Of a stretch of 64,000 nt of DNA, positions 20,643-31,109 are shown one piece after another (the first letter of the stretch is position 1; each line of letters starts with the position of its first letter). The notes beneath the pieces were generated by a model. The model did not search any database and was not told the origin of the DNA. It was given only the letters and a program-made list of their open reading frames with translations. Both the position numbers and the translations under genes were made by a program. Origin of the DNA: a virus (lineage: Duplodnaviria; Caudoviricetes); IMG/VR virus record IMGVR_UViG_3300016476_000578, positions 5,191 to 69,190 of that record; one strand, 5' to 3'.

Positions 20643-20942
20643 TTATCTAAATCTATTTGTTTGTGTAAGTATATCTTGCATACCAATTTTACTAGGTATG
20701 CGTAATTTAGTATTACTCGGAATAACCAAACTTCCTTTGCCTAATCCATTTGCAGCTGCAATAATCCACCATAATGATTCATCGTCATAGAACGTGTGTG
20801 CTAATTTATCTAAACGTTCTAAACTTGTAGTTTCAATGTATATATCAGATGAAGATGCTGGTATTACTGGAAATATTGTTGTTCCGCGTCTTTTGATATT
20901 TTTAGTATCTCGTATTTCTGGTGTGCTATTATATCTGCTCAT
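20643..20942 (-). CDS. LysM-like baseplate wedge / tail X protein
   Basis: ERLDKLAHTFYDDESLWWIIAAAN...LRIP. Confidence 0.75.
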   Translation of the reverse strand: MSRYNSTPEIRDTKNIKRRGTTIFPVIPASSSDIYIETTSLERLDKLAHTFYDDESLWWIIAAANGLGKGSLVIPSNTKLRIPSKIGMQDILTQTNRFR

Positions 20943-20961
20943 AGTTTTATTAGTTTAATTA

Positions 20962-22428
20962 TTAGAATGATGCTCCCGTAGTATATGGAGATAATCCTAA
21001 AGATTTTGGTTGTTGTCGACGTTCTTTACGTTTAAGTTTAACAACACGCTTTTCTGGATTCTCTGATGTCTGTGCTGCAGCTGCAATCGCTTCTTCTTGC
21101 GTTGGTTCGAAAGCTGGATTAGTTACAGCATCACTTAGCCAATTTCGATTTCCTGCTTTAGGCTGTGCATCGATTCCAAATTCTTTTTCATCAGCTAATG
21201 AATACATTCTTCCGCCTTTTTGTGGCAAGTAATCCATGATTGGTGTTAAGCTCAATGAAACGGAAATTTTGTGTGGTACTTGCATCATTTCTGGATCTTG
21301 TTCAATATTAATTTCCCATGTAGTATCAGAATCTTGGAATGTATAACTCAAACTAGTAATAATAACAGCTTGATGTATAAATAAATCTCCAATTGTAATT
21401 CGCATCCATGGTGCTTTCATTGCAATTGAGTCTGGATCATATTCTGGCGCAGTATATCCTGCTAATGCATTTAATTTGCGATATATGAATTTTACTTCAT
21501 CTCGATCAGATGCATATACCGTAAAATCTAAACTAACATCTCGAGTCACACCAGTATAATGATAATTTTGATCTGCTCGTCCAATCATTGTAACTGGAGT
21601 CCATGTTGGAGAAAAAGTATCACCGAAACTAGTTATAATAGCTCGGAAAACTAATACATCATCGATTTCAGATTCAGGTGCTCCGTTATATAATTTAGGG
21701 CCAGTAAAATAAAACTTAATAAAATCTTGCGTAGTTCCAAATTTGTCTAATAAATCTATTCCTAGAGCGTTTCCTAAACCAGAACGTTTCCATTGATATA
21801 TGTTTTTTCTAGTTCGCTGGCCAAAGTCTATAACATTAACTTTATCTCCTCGGAATGGTGTGGCCATTTCTACTGGATTAACAGTTATACCCCATTCTCC
21901 TGATTTTTTCCATCTTGTTGCTACATGGCTTGCTGCCGTGAAATCATTACGAAATGCATATGGGTTATCATGATCGCCTAAACCAAAACCAGTTTTTCCA
22001 ATACCATCTAAATTAAATACCGAATAAGGTCCTAATGGTGATGCCGAAGCGGCTGCGTAAATCCCTGCAATAATACTCCCTCTCAATGCAGCAGACGCTC
22101 CATCTAATCTAATCATTGGCGGATTATATCCTTTTCTTGCACGAAAATCCGGATACATAACTCCTGGCAAATCTCGGTTTGAACCTAACTCTGCAACAGC
22201 ATATTGATTTTTTACTGAGTAATTATTACTTAACTCTAATAAACTATTTCCTACTTGAGCAACTTGCGGAATCCCAGTAACTGATCCTAGTAAATTAGTT
22301 CCAAACCCAGCAATATTCTGAGCCATATTTCCTAGCTGTATATTAGTTGTTTGAGCTAGTTTTGATTGCCATGATAATGCGGCAGTCTCATATGCATTAT
22401 TTGTAAATCTAGGTATGAACTCAGACAT
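20962..22428 (-). CDS. Baseplate tail-tube initiator-like protein
   Basis: FRAIITSFGDTFSPTW...GRAD..YHY.G..RDVSLDF; position after tape measure. Confidence 0.55.
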   Translation of the reverse strand: MSEFIPRFTNNAYETAALSWQSKLAQTTNIQLGNMAQNIAGFGTNLLGSVTGIPQVAQVGNSLLELSNNYSVKNQYAVAELGSNRDLPGVMYPDFRARKGYNPPMIRLDGASAALRGSIIAGIYAAASASPLGPYSVFNLDGIGKTGFGLGDHDNPYAFRNDFTAASHVATRWKKSGEWGITVNPVEMATPFRGDKVNVIDFGQRTRKNIYQWKRSGLGNALGIDLLDKFGTTQDFIKFYFTGPKLYNGAPESEIDDVLVFRAIITSFGDTFSPTWTPVTMIGRADQNYHYTGVTRDVSLDFTVYASDRDEVKFIYRKLNALAGYTAPEYDPDSIAMKAPWMRITIGDLFIHQAVIITSLSYTFQDSDTTWEINIEQDPEMMQVPHKISVSLSLTPIMDYLPQKGGRMYSLADEKEFGIDAQPKAGNRNWLSDAVTNPAFEPTQEEAIAAAAQTSENPEKRVVKLKRKERRQQPKSLGLSPYTTGASF

Positions 22429-24242
22429 TATGTTCTCCTCCCAATTGGATTAAGTGTGGTCGGAGAATATATATCTCGTTCCATTTTTACCGTTAAATTA
22501 ACGTTGCGCATTGCTGCAGCAATAGATGTTGCTAGTTTATTGTAATCAATTCCAGAGCCGCCACCTTTTAATGTTCTATCAATAACATCTCCGGGTCTAA
22601 ATGCAGCAATTACATCGTTCGGAGCTGGGCGTAGTATCGGCCCTCTATCTGGCATTATTAATGCATCAGTTGTATCTGTAATCGCAGCAGTACCTGGGGT
22701 AGTGTTACCTGTTTGAAGTTGCGGAACTAATCCTGTAATTTTATTTATTGCCGCTGAAATAGTTTCTCCAAATCCAGGTATTTTTGCTATTAGATCGCTT
22801 AAAGGATCTGTAATTGCACCTATAGTTTCCCCGAATATCGTTACAGTTCCAAAGGCTTTCATTGTTGCTGGATCTGAAAATGTTCTCATTACATCTTCAA
22901 ATGATTTTGCGCCGGCTAATGCGGTAGTTCGAGTCGCTCCGACATCTACTCCAGATAGATTGATAATTTTTTCATCTATACTTTTTAAGTAGTCATTTGC
23001 AATTTGCGCTGTACTTCTATTATCAGTTGTCTTAATTAATTCTTGAATTTTTGACTCATCTACTCCGTCTTTTCGCAATTGACTTACAACACTAGTTATG
23101 TCATTTTGATTAAGTCGCATTAGTTTTTCTACTCCTAATTCGGACATAATCTTTTGTTTTTGCAACATTCGAGCTATAGTTGCTTCATCAGTTCCCATTA
23201 ACTCAGCAGCTTTTTTTCTTGCAAATAAATTCTTTTCTAATACCGGTCCCTGATCCTTAAGAAAATCATTCATTAACTCAGCTTGTTTATTTGCATCTCC
23301 TTGCAATGTAGCCATTCGATATGCGTTAGTTAAACTTTTGCCATCTTGGGTTAATAAACGCTTACCTGAAAGTAATTGATATTCTAATTCAGAACCAATC
23401 GATGATTCAATATTTAATAAATTATCGCCTGCAGAATTTAACCCTTCTAATGACGTTCCCAAAGCTTTGGACTTCAGTACAGCTAATTCTAAAGAGCCTG
23501 GTATTCTACTATAACGCATTTGTAAGTCTGCTGTTAATGACCCGATATCTTGAGTTAAATCTTTTTGTAATTGCAATGCATCTATACCAGTAACACTCGA
23601 AAGTGTTTTTGATAATTGTTCATGCATAGTCGCAGCTTCGGCGCCAGAATCAGCAATAGTTGATGCATAATATTCATAACCTTCTGCTGCAGCTGCTGTT
23701 ACTCCTAAATTATTTTGTAAAAACTGTTGCGTTAATAGTAAATTTTTTCGAAAGCCTGTTGATGCATCCCCTGCAAATAACATTCCAGCAGTTAATCCTT
23801 TTAAATTATCAGCATAGCCCATTAATTTATCAGCGCCAATTTCAGTAGAAACAGCTAAAGTACGTAATTGTTTTGCATACTTTGCTGCGGTAATTGATGA
23901 TACACCGTAACTTTTATTTAGTGCTTTATTTCGTTCTTCGAGAAATGTTATATTTTTAACTAAACTATTGACACCGGCTGCATATTGTTCTTGTATTCCA
24001 ATTACTTTTCCAAGGCCCATACTCAGTTGAGTATTGCTATCTGAAATCTTATTTATAATTGTGTCATACTGCTGTAGTATTGCATTTAACGATGGTAATG
24101 TTTCAGTTAAAGTCTTTAATCTAGCTTCTAAATCTCTAGATTTTGCTTCCCATCCAGATGAATCTGCGTTTGGATCAGCCATTCCATGTCTAGGAAAAGA
24201 TTTAAGATGTTTGATTAATATGTACTGGTCGTTTGATTGCAC
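22428..24242 (-). CDS. Tape measure-like protein
   Basis: Ala/Leu/Gln-rich helical protein (GTG start) downstream of tube and chaperone genes. Confidence 0.65.
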   Translation of the reverse strand: MQSNDQYILIKHLKSFPRHGMADPNADSSGWEAKSRDLEARLKTLTETLPSLNAILQQYDTIINKISDSNTQLSMGLGKVIGIQEQYAAGVNSLVKNITFLEERNKALNKSYGVSSITAAKYAKQLRTLAVSTEIGADKLMGYADNLKGLTAGMLFAGDASTGFRKNLLLTQQFLQNNLGVTAAAAEGYEYYASTIADSGAEAATMHEQLSKTLSSVTGIDALQLQKDLTQDIGSLTADLQMRYSRIPGSLELAVLKSKALGTSLEGLNSAGDNLLNIESSIGSELEYQLLSGKRLLTQDGKSLTNAYRMATLQGDANKQAELMNDFLKDQGPVLEKNLFARKKAAELMGTDEATIARMLQKQKIMSELGVEKLMRLNQNDITSVVSQLRKDGVDESKIQELIKTTDNRSTAQIANDYLKSIDEKIINLSGVDVGATRTTALAGAKSFEDVMRTFSDPATMKAFGTVTIFGETIGAITDPLSDLIAKIPGFGETISAAINKITGLVPQLQTGNTTPGTAAITDTTDALIMPDRGPILRPAPNDVIAAFRPGDVIDRTLKGGGSGIDYNKLATSIAAAMRNVNLTVKMERDIYSPTTLNPIGRRT

Positions 24243-24271
24243 AGGGTATCCTATTTATTAATAAATATTTA

Positions 24272-24496
24272 TCATCGAGATTTTGCAACACGTTTAATAG
24301 ATGCTGCATTAGAAGCTTGTTGAGCTAATTTTTCTGCTCGCTCAGCATCTGCAGTGCGCTGCTTGTTGATTTTCGAAATCCAAAATCTTCGTAAATGTAA
24401 TGGTAAATTATAAATAGTATCCCAGTCCCATCGACCATCGCCAGCAACCAACAATTCATATAGTTGATCATGTAGTTGTACTTGATGTTCTGGTTT
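24272..24496 (-). CDS. Tail assembly chaperone C-terminal extension (T-like; gp51-like), probably reached by frameshift
   Basis: KPEHQVQLHDQLYELL...WDWDTIYNLPLHLRRFW; contains no ATG; +1 frame relative to the upstream ORF. Confidence 0.55.
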   Translation of the reverse strand, partial: KPEHQVQLHDQLYELLVAGDGRWDWDTIYNLPLHLRRFWISKINKQRTADAERAEKLAQQASNAASIKRVAKSR

Positions 24497-25280
24497 AAAA
24501 CCAAAAAAGGTCTGGTCCAAGTTGAAACCCGGTTTTGAAGGCGCTCCCGTCTTCGCCTTCGAACTCAACTATGAAATCTAATCCTGGCATATTGTCAGCC
24601 ATATATTGTCTGAATGCTTTAGATGCTACGGCCGGCAATTCATATTTAATATATTCAGCAATATAGTTTTTATCTCGATTGCCGTTAACTTCCATGATAG
24701 TATTTTCTAATAAAATAGAAATTGCGCGGGTTGGATCTAATTTTTTTGAAATATCTCCAGTAATAAACTTGAATTTAATTTTATCATCATTTAGTGTAAC
24801 AGTATAATCAAACTCTCCGTTAGCATCTGAAGTTAAATTGAATGGCTTAAAATTTAATTTTGATAAGTCGATATCTCGTTCTAATTCTTTATTAGTTTTT
24901 GGATCTCTGACCGATACTGGATATTTGCTCCCATATCCGTGAATACGTGCAGCAATTATTAATCCTTCTCTATCTGTCATGGAGATATCATCAACATTGA
25001 CTCCGGGAGTTACTATAAGTGATTCAAGTAATTTATCAAATACAACTCCTGTAGCAATATATGTGGAATTAGATAAAATATCTTCATCATATGCTGTCAT
25101 GTGTCGCATTTCTACAGCCCCGTCACGTAATGGAGATGATTCTGGGTAGATTTTTCCTAAACTAGGAAGCTTAACTATTACGGGTGGAATTCTTAATCTT
25201 TGTTTGTTCTCGTATTGTTGTTTTACTAGATTAACAATGTTAGAATTATCTAAACGGTCTGTCATTTTATTATTACTCAT
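24495..25280 (-). CDS. Tail assembly chaperone / baseplate hub assembly protein (gp26-like)
   Basis: LPSLGKIYP, MTAYDEDIL, DREGLIIAARIHGYG; lies between tube and tape measure. Start moved to ATG 25280 (AAGGA SD, late motif). Confidence 0.65.
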   Translation of the reverse strand: MSNNKMTDRLDNSNIVNLVKQQYENKQRLRIPPVIVKLPSLGKIYPESSPLRDGAVEMRHMTAYDEDILSNSTYIATGVVFDKLLESLIVTPGVNVDDISMTDREGLIIAARIHGYGSKYPVSVRDPKTNKELERDIDLSKLNFKPFNLTSDANGEFDYTVTLNDDKIKFKFITGDISKKLDPTRAISILLENTIMEVNGNRDKNYIAEYIKYELPAVASKAFRQYMADNMPGLDFIVEFEGEDGSAFKTGFQLGPDLFWF

Positions 25281-25320
25281 TATGTTCCTTATAACTTTAT
25301 TATAAATATCAAAGTCCACA

Positions 25321-25350
25321 AAAAATGGGAGTATTTCTACCCCCATTTCT
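25321..25350 (-). terminator. Intrinsic terminator after tail tube gene
   Basis: AAATGGGGGTA-GAAA-TACTCCCATTTTT. Confidence 0.7.
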
Positions 25351-25368
25351 AGAATCTAGATTTATTAA

Positions 25369-25908
25369 TTAGAAGCTTAATAAAGCCCAATCATATCTTA
25401 ATGTTAATTCAACCATTACTACATCTTCCGAACTCCAATCCAATGAACCGAAGTTTGTTTCAGTAATAAATGCGTTCTTCAATGTCCATTTTTCAACAAC
25501 CTCACCTAATGGAGAAAGTTGAAGCAAATCAACTTGTTTTTGGTACATTGATTTATATCCATCTCTACCAGTAGCAGATTCGTGATGTAAACGTACCCAA
25601 TCCATTACTGCTTGTGCTGCTGATGGAACAATAGCGTCATACAATGTAACTGCAATTGTGTTCCATACACTTTTGCCTTTTACATAACGTTGTACATTGA
25701 TATGGTCTAATGCAATTTCTCCGTTTGTCATTGAAGGTTTTGCAGATGTTTTTACTAAATATGCCGGAATACCGTTTGTTTCTAATACAAATTGATGTGC
25801 GCGTTTCGGTTCCCAAGTATATGCCTTATCCCAAAAATTAGATTCAGTTCCATAATCAGCATAATTTGTACCGGGGTTGGCGGTGTTTATTAAATCTTCA
25901 AGTGCCAT
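25369..25908 (-). CDS. Tail tube protein (T4 gp19-like)
   Basis: KSVWNTIAVTLYDAIVPS, VMDW, EKWTLKNAF, LTLRYD; directly after sheath. Confidence 0.88.
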   Translation of the reverse strand: MALEDLINTANPGTNYADYGTESNFWDKAYTWEPKRAHQFVLETNGIPAYLVKTSAKPSMTNGEIALDHINVQRYVKGKSVWNTIAVTLYDAIVPSAAQAVMDWVRLHHESATGRDGYKSMYQKQVDLLQLSPLGEVVEKWTLKNAFITETNFGSLDWSSEDVVMVELTLRYDWALLSF

Positions 25909-25945
25909 TTCACATTCCTATTTTTATTATAAATATCAGCAAAGT

Positions 25946-25974
25946 AAAAAAGGTAGAACCGAAGCCCTACCTTT
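25946..25974 (-). terminator. Intrinsic terminator after sheath gene
   Basis: AGGTAGGGC-TTCG-GTTCTACC-TTTTTT. Confidence 0.8.
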
Positions 25975-25991
25975 TAATTTAAATTAATTTA

Positions 25992-28448
25992 CTATTCCGG
26001 GAAACTTGCTCCTGTCGGTTGAATATTAAAATCTAGGATAATAAATTCTGCCGTTCTTGTTGGCTGAAGGAATATTTGTCCATACATTATATTCATATCA
26101 ATTAAATCTGGAGTGTTGTTTGTTTCATCCATAATAACACGGAATGCATATAAACCTTGATTTGCACGTACTTGTTCTAAATATGGATTCACAATATTCA
26201 AGAATCTATTTCTAGTTGCCGTAGTATTTTGTTCGAATACCAAATAACGAGTTGATGATGCAATATATTTCTTAACTGCAATCAATAAACGACGCACATT
26301 TACGCGGTCTAATGCGCTCGGAAGATCTTGTAAGGTCTTTTGACCCCAAATAACAATTCCTTCGTTAGGGAAGTTTGCTATAGGGTTAACACGAGCTTCA
26401 TACAATGTGTCTCGATCTGATTGAGAAAGATTTTTATATGTACCGACTGCTGTACTTAAACCTCCTCGAGTCAAACCTGCCGGAGCATACCATGGAGCTG
26501 CAATTGCATCATTAAATGCTAACACACCTGGTACTACAACAGATGCTGGAACCCAGATTGGAATATTGCGTCCTGGATTATTGATTCTTACCCAAGGATA
26601 ATATGTTGCTGTATAATTGCTATTCAAACTTTGAACTTGATTTACTACTTCAGTAATTGAATCAGTTAATCCGTTTGAATCCATTACATAGAATGCATCT
26701 TGACGACCTTCTACTAAATTTCTAGCATATGAAGTAACTAACGGATGTATACTGTCGATAATTCCTGGTGTTACTAACATGTTCATATCATATGCATCAG
26801 CATTACTTAGGATAGAAAATGCTTTGTTATATGCTACAGTACCGCCAGAAGTTGTAGTACTACAATTGAATCCGAATGTGTTAGTTGCAGAAATATACTG
26901 TCCTGAATATTTTGGTAAATTAGGACGAGCTCCATCAAATCCACCTTGGAACGGAACAATAAATTTACGAGTTGCTAATGCAACATTTGCATCAAATGTA
27001 TTTGCTGTTAATGCTGCAGTTAATGAACCAGTATATGGAGATGATGCTGGGAAGTTTGCTGCAGCAGCTTGTGTAGCATCTCCTAAATAAAAGTCTACGT
27101 TGCTTCCTGTAGTTGAACCGGATGTTGGAACAGGTGCTAAATAATTCAAGTTATTTAATACCGTAAAGTCAAACCCATGATAATTTTTATTGCTAAATGT
27201 AGTTGCAACTTGTGATGTTCTATATGCAGCCGCTGTAAAGTTTAAACTTCCAGAGGCCATTGGTATTGGACATTCAACTGCACGGAACCCGAATGGAATA
27301 TCTGTTGGTTGTGCAATTGTTGATGCAATTTCAACGCGAATGTAATTAGAAAGATTTGGATAATCACCCGATTCTACAACATTGAATTCATTGTCAACTG
27401 TCTTGTATTTATCTCCAATTACTTTTGCAATATAACGTGATGAATTTGGATTCAAGTTAACATTACGGAATGTTTCTACTACTTCAGGTCTTGCATCTGT
27501 GTCTTGAGATGAATATGGAGAGTTTGGTATATTCGTAGTATTAACTTTACGAACCTCTACCGTAAACTGAGCAAATCCATCTGGATCAGTTACTTCTGTT
27601 GAAGTTTTAATATCACGAATACCAACTTTAACTGAATAGTTTACAGATGTACCATGAGATAATGTATGGAACTTAAACAAGTCTTTAGTAATATTACCAC
27701 TTACTTTTTGTGAAGTAATCCATGGAGTTGCTGCTGTTGAATAATCTGATAAAAATTCATAGTTTGACAACTTAACTAATTCTAAAGTTACTTGCCCAAT
27801 ATTTGCAAATAAACTAGATGCATTTTTATTTTCATATTGTACATATACCGGATAGTCAATTGATTTAGGCGATGATGTAAATACTTTGCTTACATAATCA
27901 TTTGAATTTGAAACAATTGATCCTGAGATTGCAACACCTTCTGTTACTAAGAACGATCCGCCGAATCCGATCGCTGTTGCATCATCACCGGTAGCTACTG
28001 CATATGACCCTGACAATTTAATTGCGAATGATCCAGAACCACCATCTTGCAAAACTGAATCTTCAAACAATGCTGTCGCACCCGTTGTTGTAATAGCTTG
28101 TACTGGATGTAATACGTGTGTTACTGCTTGAACTGAACCTGATTTAGCAACGATTGCTAAAGCTCCATTTGTTAAATAATAACCATCTTCATATAAAAGA
28201 CGAGTTACTGTAATTACATTCCCATTGCGTAAATAATCTTGAACAACGTATGGTACATATGAATCATCTGTATATGATCCAAAAATACTTTCGAATTCTC
28301 CAAAACTTTTAATTTTTGTAGGAATGAGTGCAGGCCCTTTTACGGTTGGACCTACGATTGCTGCACCTATTTGTGCAATCCCTCCAGCTAAAAACGATTG
28401 ATCAACTTCATTCGTGAATACGCCGGGAGATACTACTCTTTCTGCCAT
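25992..28448 (-). CDS. Contractile tail sheath protein (gp18-like)
   Basis: VSPGVFTNEVD start; PWYAPAGLTRG, WGQKTLQ, LDRVNVRRLL, FEQN, PTRTAEFI. Confidence 0.95.
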   Translation of the reverse strand: MAERVVSPGVFTNEVDQSFLAGGIAQIGAAIVGPTVKGPALIPTKIKSFGEFESIFGSYTDDSYVPYVVQDYLRNGNVITVTRLLYEDGYYLTNGALAIVAKSGSVQAVTHVLHPVQAITTTGATALFEDSVLQDGGSGSFAIKLSGSYAVATGDDATAIGFGGSFLVTEGVAISGSIVSNSNDYVSKVFTSSPKSIDYPVYVQYENKNASSLFANIGQVTLELVKLSNYEFLSDYSTAATPWITSQKVSGNITKDLFKFHTLSHGTSVNYSVKVGIRDIKTSTEVTDPDGFAQFTVEVRKVNTTNIPNSPYSSQDTDARPEVVETFRNVNLNPNSSRYIAKVIGDKYKTVDNEFNVVESGDYPNLSNYIRVEIASTIAQPTDIPFGFRAVECPIPMASGSLNFTAAAYRTSQVATTFSNKNYHGFDFTVLNNLNYLAPVPTSGSTTGSNVDFYLGDATQAAAANFPASSPYTGSLTAALTANTFDANVALATRKFIVPFQGGFDGARPNLPKYSGQYISATNTFGFNCSTTTSGGTVAYNKAFSILSNADAYDMNMLVTPGIIDSIHPLVTSYARNLVEGRQDAFYVMDSNGLTDSITEVVNQVQSLNSNYTATYYPWVRINNPGRNIPIWVPASVVVPGVLAFNDAIAAPWYAPAGLTRGGLSTAVGTYKNLSQSDRDTLYEARVNPIANFPNEGIVIWGQKTLQDLPSALDRVNVRRLLIAVKKYIASSTRYLVFEQNTTATRNRFLNIVNPYLEQVRANQGLYAFRVIMDETNNTPDLIDMNIMYGQIFLQPTRTAEFIILDFNIQPTGASFPE

Positions 28449-28501
28449 TAAAATACTCCTTTAAGATTTTATTAATAAATATGGTTTAAACAAGCCAAAC
28501 C

Positions 28502-28771
28502 TTATTCAGTAGGAGTAAATGTACCAGCAACGATATCAATCTGACCTTCGCCATATCGTTCTTTAAGTTTATCTAGCAACTCAGTTTCTTTTGAACGTAA
28601 TTGATCGAATTGATTCATTAGTTCATCATACTGCGATTCTACTTGTTCTAATTGTCTTGAGATTAATTCTCGTTCGATTGAAACGTTGCCGATCCATGAC
28701 GCATTTTTTGCAAATTGTTGTTGTAAATCTTGAATTGCATCTAAATGTTCTTTGTCTAATTTTTTAGTCAT
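28502..28771 (-). CDS. Small coiled-coil hypothetical protein
   Basis: Heptad-rich 89 aa; own class I promoter-like element. Confidence 0.6.
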   Translation of the reverse strand: MTKKLDKEHLDAIQDLQQQFAKNASWIGNVSIERELISRQLEQVESQYDELMNQFDQLRSKETELLDKLKERYGEGQIDIVAGTFTPTE

Positions 28772-28789
28772 ACGTAACCTTTTCTTGAT

Positions 28790-28818
28790 ATTATAAGAAT
28801 AAATAGTTTAAAATCAAA
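28790..28818 (-). promoter_or_regulatory. Class I promoter inside structural region
   Basis: TTTGAT-N17-TATAAT. Confidence 0.45.
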
Positions 28819-28829
28819 ATTCATTTTAA

Positions 28830-30353
28830 TTAATAATCCGATTCTAATGAGAATCGAGATAAATCCCAAGCAACAGCAGCCGCTGTAGCGTTATTGGTTG
28901 CCCAACATGTTCTACCTAATGGGGTTGTTGTTGCCGGTAAGTTTGTCGATAGCGTACCTGAAGTTTGTGCGGCAGTTGATAAATTTGTGATTCGATATGT
29001 TACTGCAGTATCATTTGGTTTTGCAAAAAGTACCATTTCATATAATGAAGTTGTATCTACCGGGTAACTAGCTCCTAATGCAATAACAGTTGGGGCTGTA
29101 CCGGTAATATTATGTACTAAATTCCAGTTACCCGTACTTGCATTAATTGCCATACCTATTTTTCCCGGGGTAGTTGATGTTGTCGGGTCGATGTTGGTTG
29201 GAGCTGTTGTTGCATTATCAGTCAATCCTACAAACATTCTCATACCGGTTTGTGTTGTTGTTAATCCGAATCTCGCGACAACGAAGAATCCTCCAAGTCC
29301 TGATGCGTTTCCTCTCCAACATTCAAAAGATGCCACACGAGTAGAAGCTAATGATCCCGCACCAGCTGCTGATGTATTTACAATTCTTCTTGTTTGGGTT
29401 TTTAAGTTAGTAGTAGTAATATTGGGATTTGATATCGTACCAACGTTAGTTACAGTACATCCAATCACACCTACTGTTGTACCACCACCGGGGCCTATTA
29501 CCGAAACGTTATTGAACATGATGTTTGATTGGAAAGGGGTATCTAAACCACTAGGGCCAATCCATTTTGGCATCTGCCGACCGGCTATATCTTTTGAATA
29601 TACTATAAGATTTCCTTCTGCGGGTGCAGTTGGGTCTGTTGTTGAAACTAATTGCAAGTTACCACTAGCAATTTCTACATTTGATGCTCCTGCAAATGTA
29701 CCTGCATTATTGTATTGTATTTCTCCGGAAGTTCCGCCGGGTGATCCTCCCGATCCCGCAGGGCCGGCTGGTCCTACTACTCCTTCCATTTTAGTAACAC
29801 TTAATACAGCATTATTTACTATACCACCTGATGAAGCAACATATCGGGCTGCTAATGAAACATAATCGCCAGCTGTAAGTATTTCTTGAGTAGTAATACC
29901 TACAGTCATTTTATCGGTACTAGAATTCTTACCTGCAACTAAACTTCCACTTAAAATAGTTAGTGTATTTTTAGCTATAGCAAATTCAAAATCATTTACA
30001 GTTGTGCCTTGTGCGACGTCACAGTGATAATGTATAGAATATAAACCATCTGAATAAACATATATTCTATCTGTGTTTGTATTATCATGTGATATTATAG
30101 AAGGTTGGTTTTCTACATCAGTTGCATTAAATGTTATTAAAGCCGGTATCAATGTTAATGTATATCCGGTAGTTCTTCTTGCTTGAGCTGCAGCTAGATT
30201 GCCGGTTGAATATGGAGCATAGGATGCTGACAATGCATATGATGCTGATATAGCATTTGATATTGAACCGGAATATGCACTAGCAGATACAGCACCTGTT
30301 AATGTTATTGATCCAGATACGACTAATCCGTTTTGTATTAATAAATCATCCAT
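28830..30353 (-). CDS. Tail fibre / virion appendage protein
   Basis: ASYA repeats, short GPAGPAG hinge, Thr/Gly-rich beta domains. Confidence 0.55.
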   Translation of the reverse strand: MDDLLIQNGLVVSGSITLTGAVSASAYSGSISNAISASYALSASYAPYSTGNLAAAQARRTTGYTLTLIPALITFNATDVENQPSIISHDNTNTDRIYVYSDGLYSIHYHCDVAQGTTVNDFEFAIAKNTLTILSGSLVAGKNSSTDKMTVGITTQEILTAGDYVSLAARYVASSGGIVNNAVLSVTKMEGVVGPAGPAGSGGSPGGTSGEIQYNNAGTFAGASNVEIASGNLQLVSTTDPTAPAEGNLIVYSKDIAGRQMPKWIGPSGLDTPFQSNIMFNNVSVIGPGGGTTVGVIGCTVTNVGTISNPNITTTNLKTQTRRIVNTSAAGAGSLASTRVASFECWRGNASGLGGFFVVARFGLTTTQTGMRMFVGLTDNATTAPTNIDPTTSTTPGKIGMAINASTGNWNLVHNITGTAPTVIALGASYPVDTTSLYEMVLFAKPNDTAVTYRITNLSTAAQTSGTLSTNLPATTTPLGRTCWATNNATAAAVAWDLSRFSLESDY

Positions 30354-30377
30354 AATTTTTATAATAAATATTAAGTA

Positions 30378-31106
30378 TTAAATATATCTATCTTTAACTG
30401 CATTGTAATTTTGTAAAACTTCGGCAGCAGTTAAAGCTCTTGTATATATGTGGGCAGCTGCTATTTGACAAGCATTATAATATCCCACCCAATCTAAAGC
30501 TGAACCTAATGATAAACCTCGTGTTGTGCTAGTGCCTAATGCAGTAATTGCTGTTGTACTTGCTGCATTTTGCACACCGTTGACATATATAACTTGTCTG
30601 TCATTAATAGCATCATAAACTGCTGAAATATAATAGAAACTACCAGTACTTGCTGCGTTTAAGAATGCGGTAGAACTTAAAGTACCACCCGTACCAGCTG
30701 GGTCTTGTGCAGCTACTCTCCACTTTAACTGCACTGAGGTGTTATCTTGTTCTATTCCTATTCTAGTAAAGGTATCAGATGATGTTTCTTCATAGAACAT
30801 ACGTTTATCAATACCTGCTGTAATTGAAGATGGTTTCCATAATAGGTTTATAGTAACTTGATTTTGGCCTGCTAGTGTTGCTGCTGAGTTTATTGTTATG
30901 GTTTGATCTGTGCCGTTAAAACTAAAACTTTGACTAGCAGGAATATAAGACGCGTTCATTGTTCCATTCCAGCCATTGCCAGATATATCTTTCCATGTGT
31001 TTGAATTTTCTTCTGGATAATAGGAATTTGGTGAGGCTGCATCAAAGTATAAATGCAATCCATTTGTTACTATATCAGGTCCTCTCCACTTAAATGAGTA
31101 TGCCAT
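30378..31106 (-). CDS. LamG/concanavalin A-like virion protein
   Basis: LHLYFDAA..SY, WKDISGNG, IYVNG, IYTRALTAAEVLQNYNA. Confidence 0.75.
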   Translation of the reverse strand: MAYSFKWRGPDIVTNGLHLYFDAASPNSYYPEENSNTWKDISGNGWNGTMNASYIPASQSFSFNGTDQTITINSAATLAGQNQVTINLLWKPSSITAGIDKRMFYEETSSDTFTRIGIEQDNTSVQLKWRVAAQDPAGTGGTLSSTAFLNAASTGSFYYISAVYDAINDRQVIYVNGVQNAASTTAITALGTSTTRGLSLGSALDWVGYYNACQIAAAHIYTRALTAAEVLQNYNAVKDRYI

Positions 31107-31109
31107 AAC

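Noticed and set aside
24497-24568. Track start (TTG 24568) for the 98-aa ORF
   Set aside because: Lies inside the upstream gene without an SD and gives a non-conserved-looking N-terminus; a frameshift explains the ORF better.
29740-29790. Collagen-like fibre
   Set aside because: Only two or three Gly-X-Y triplets (GPAGPAG), consistent with a hinge rather than a collagen helix.
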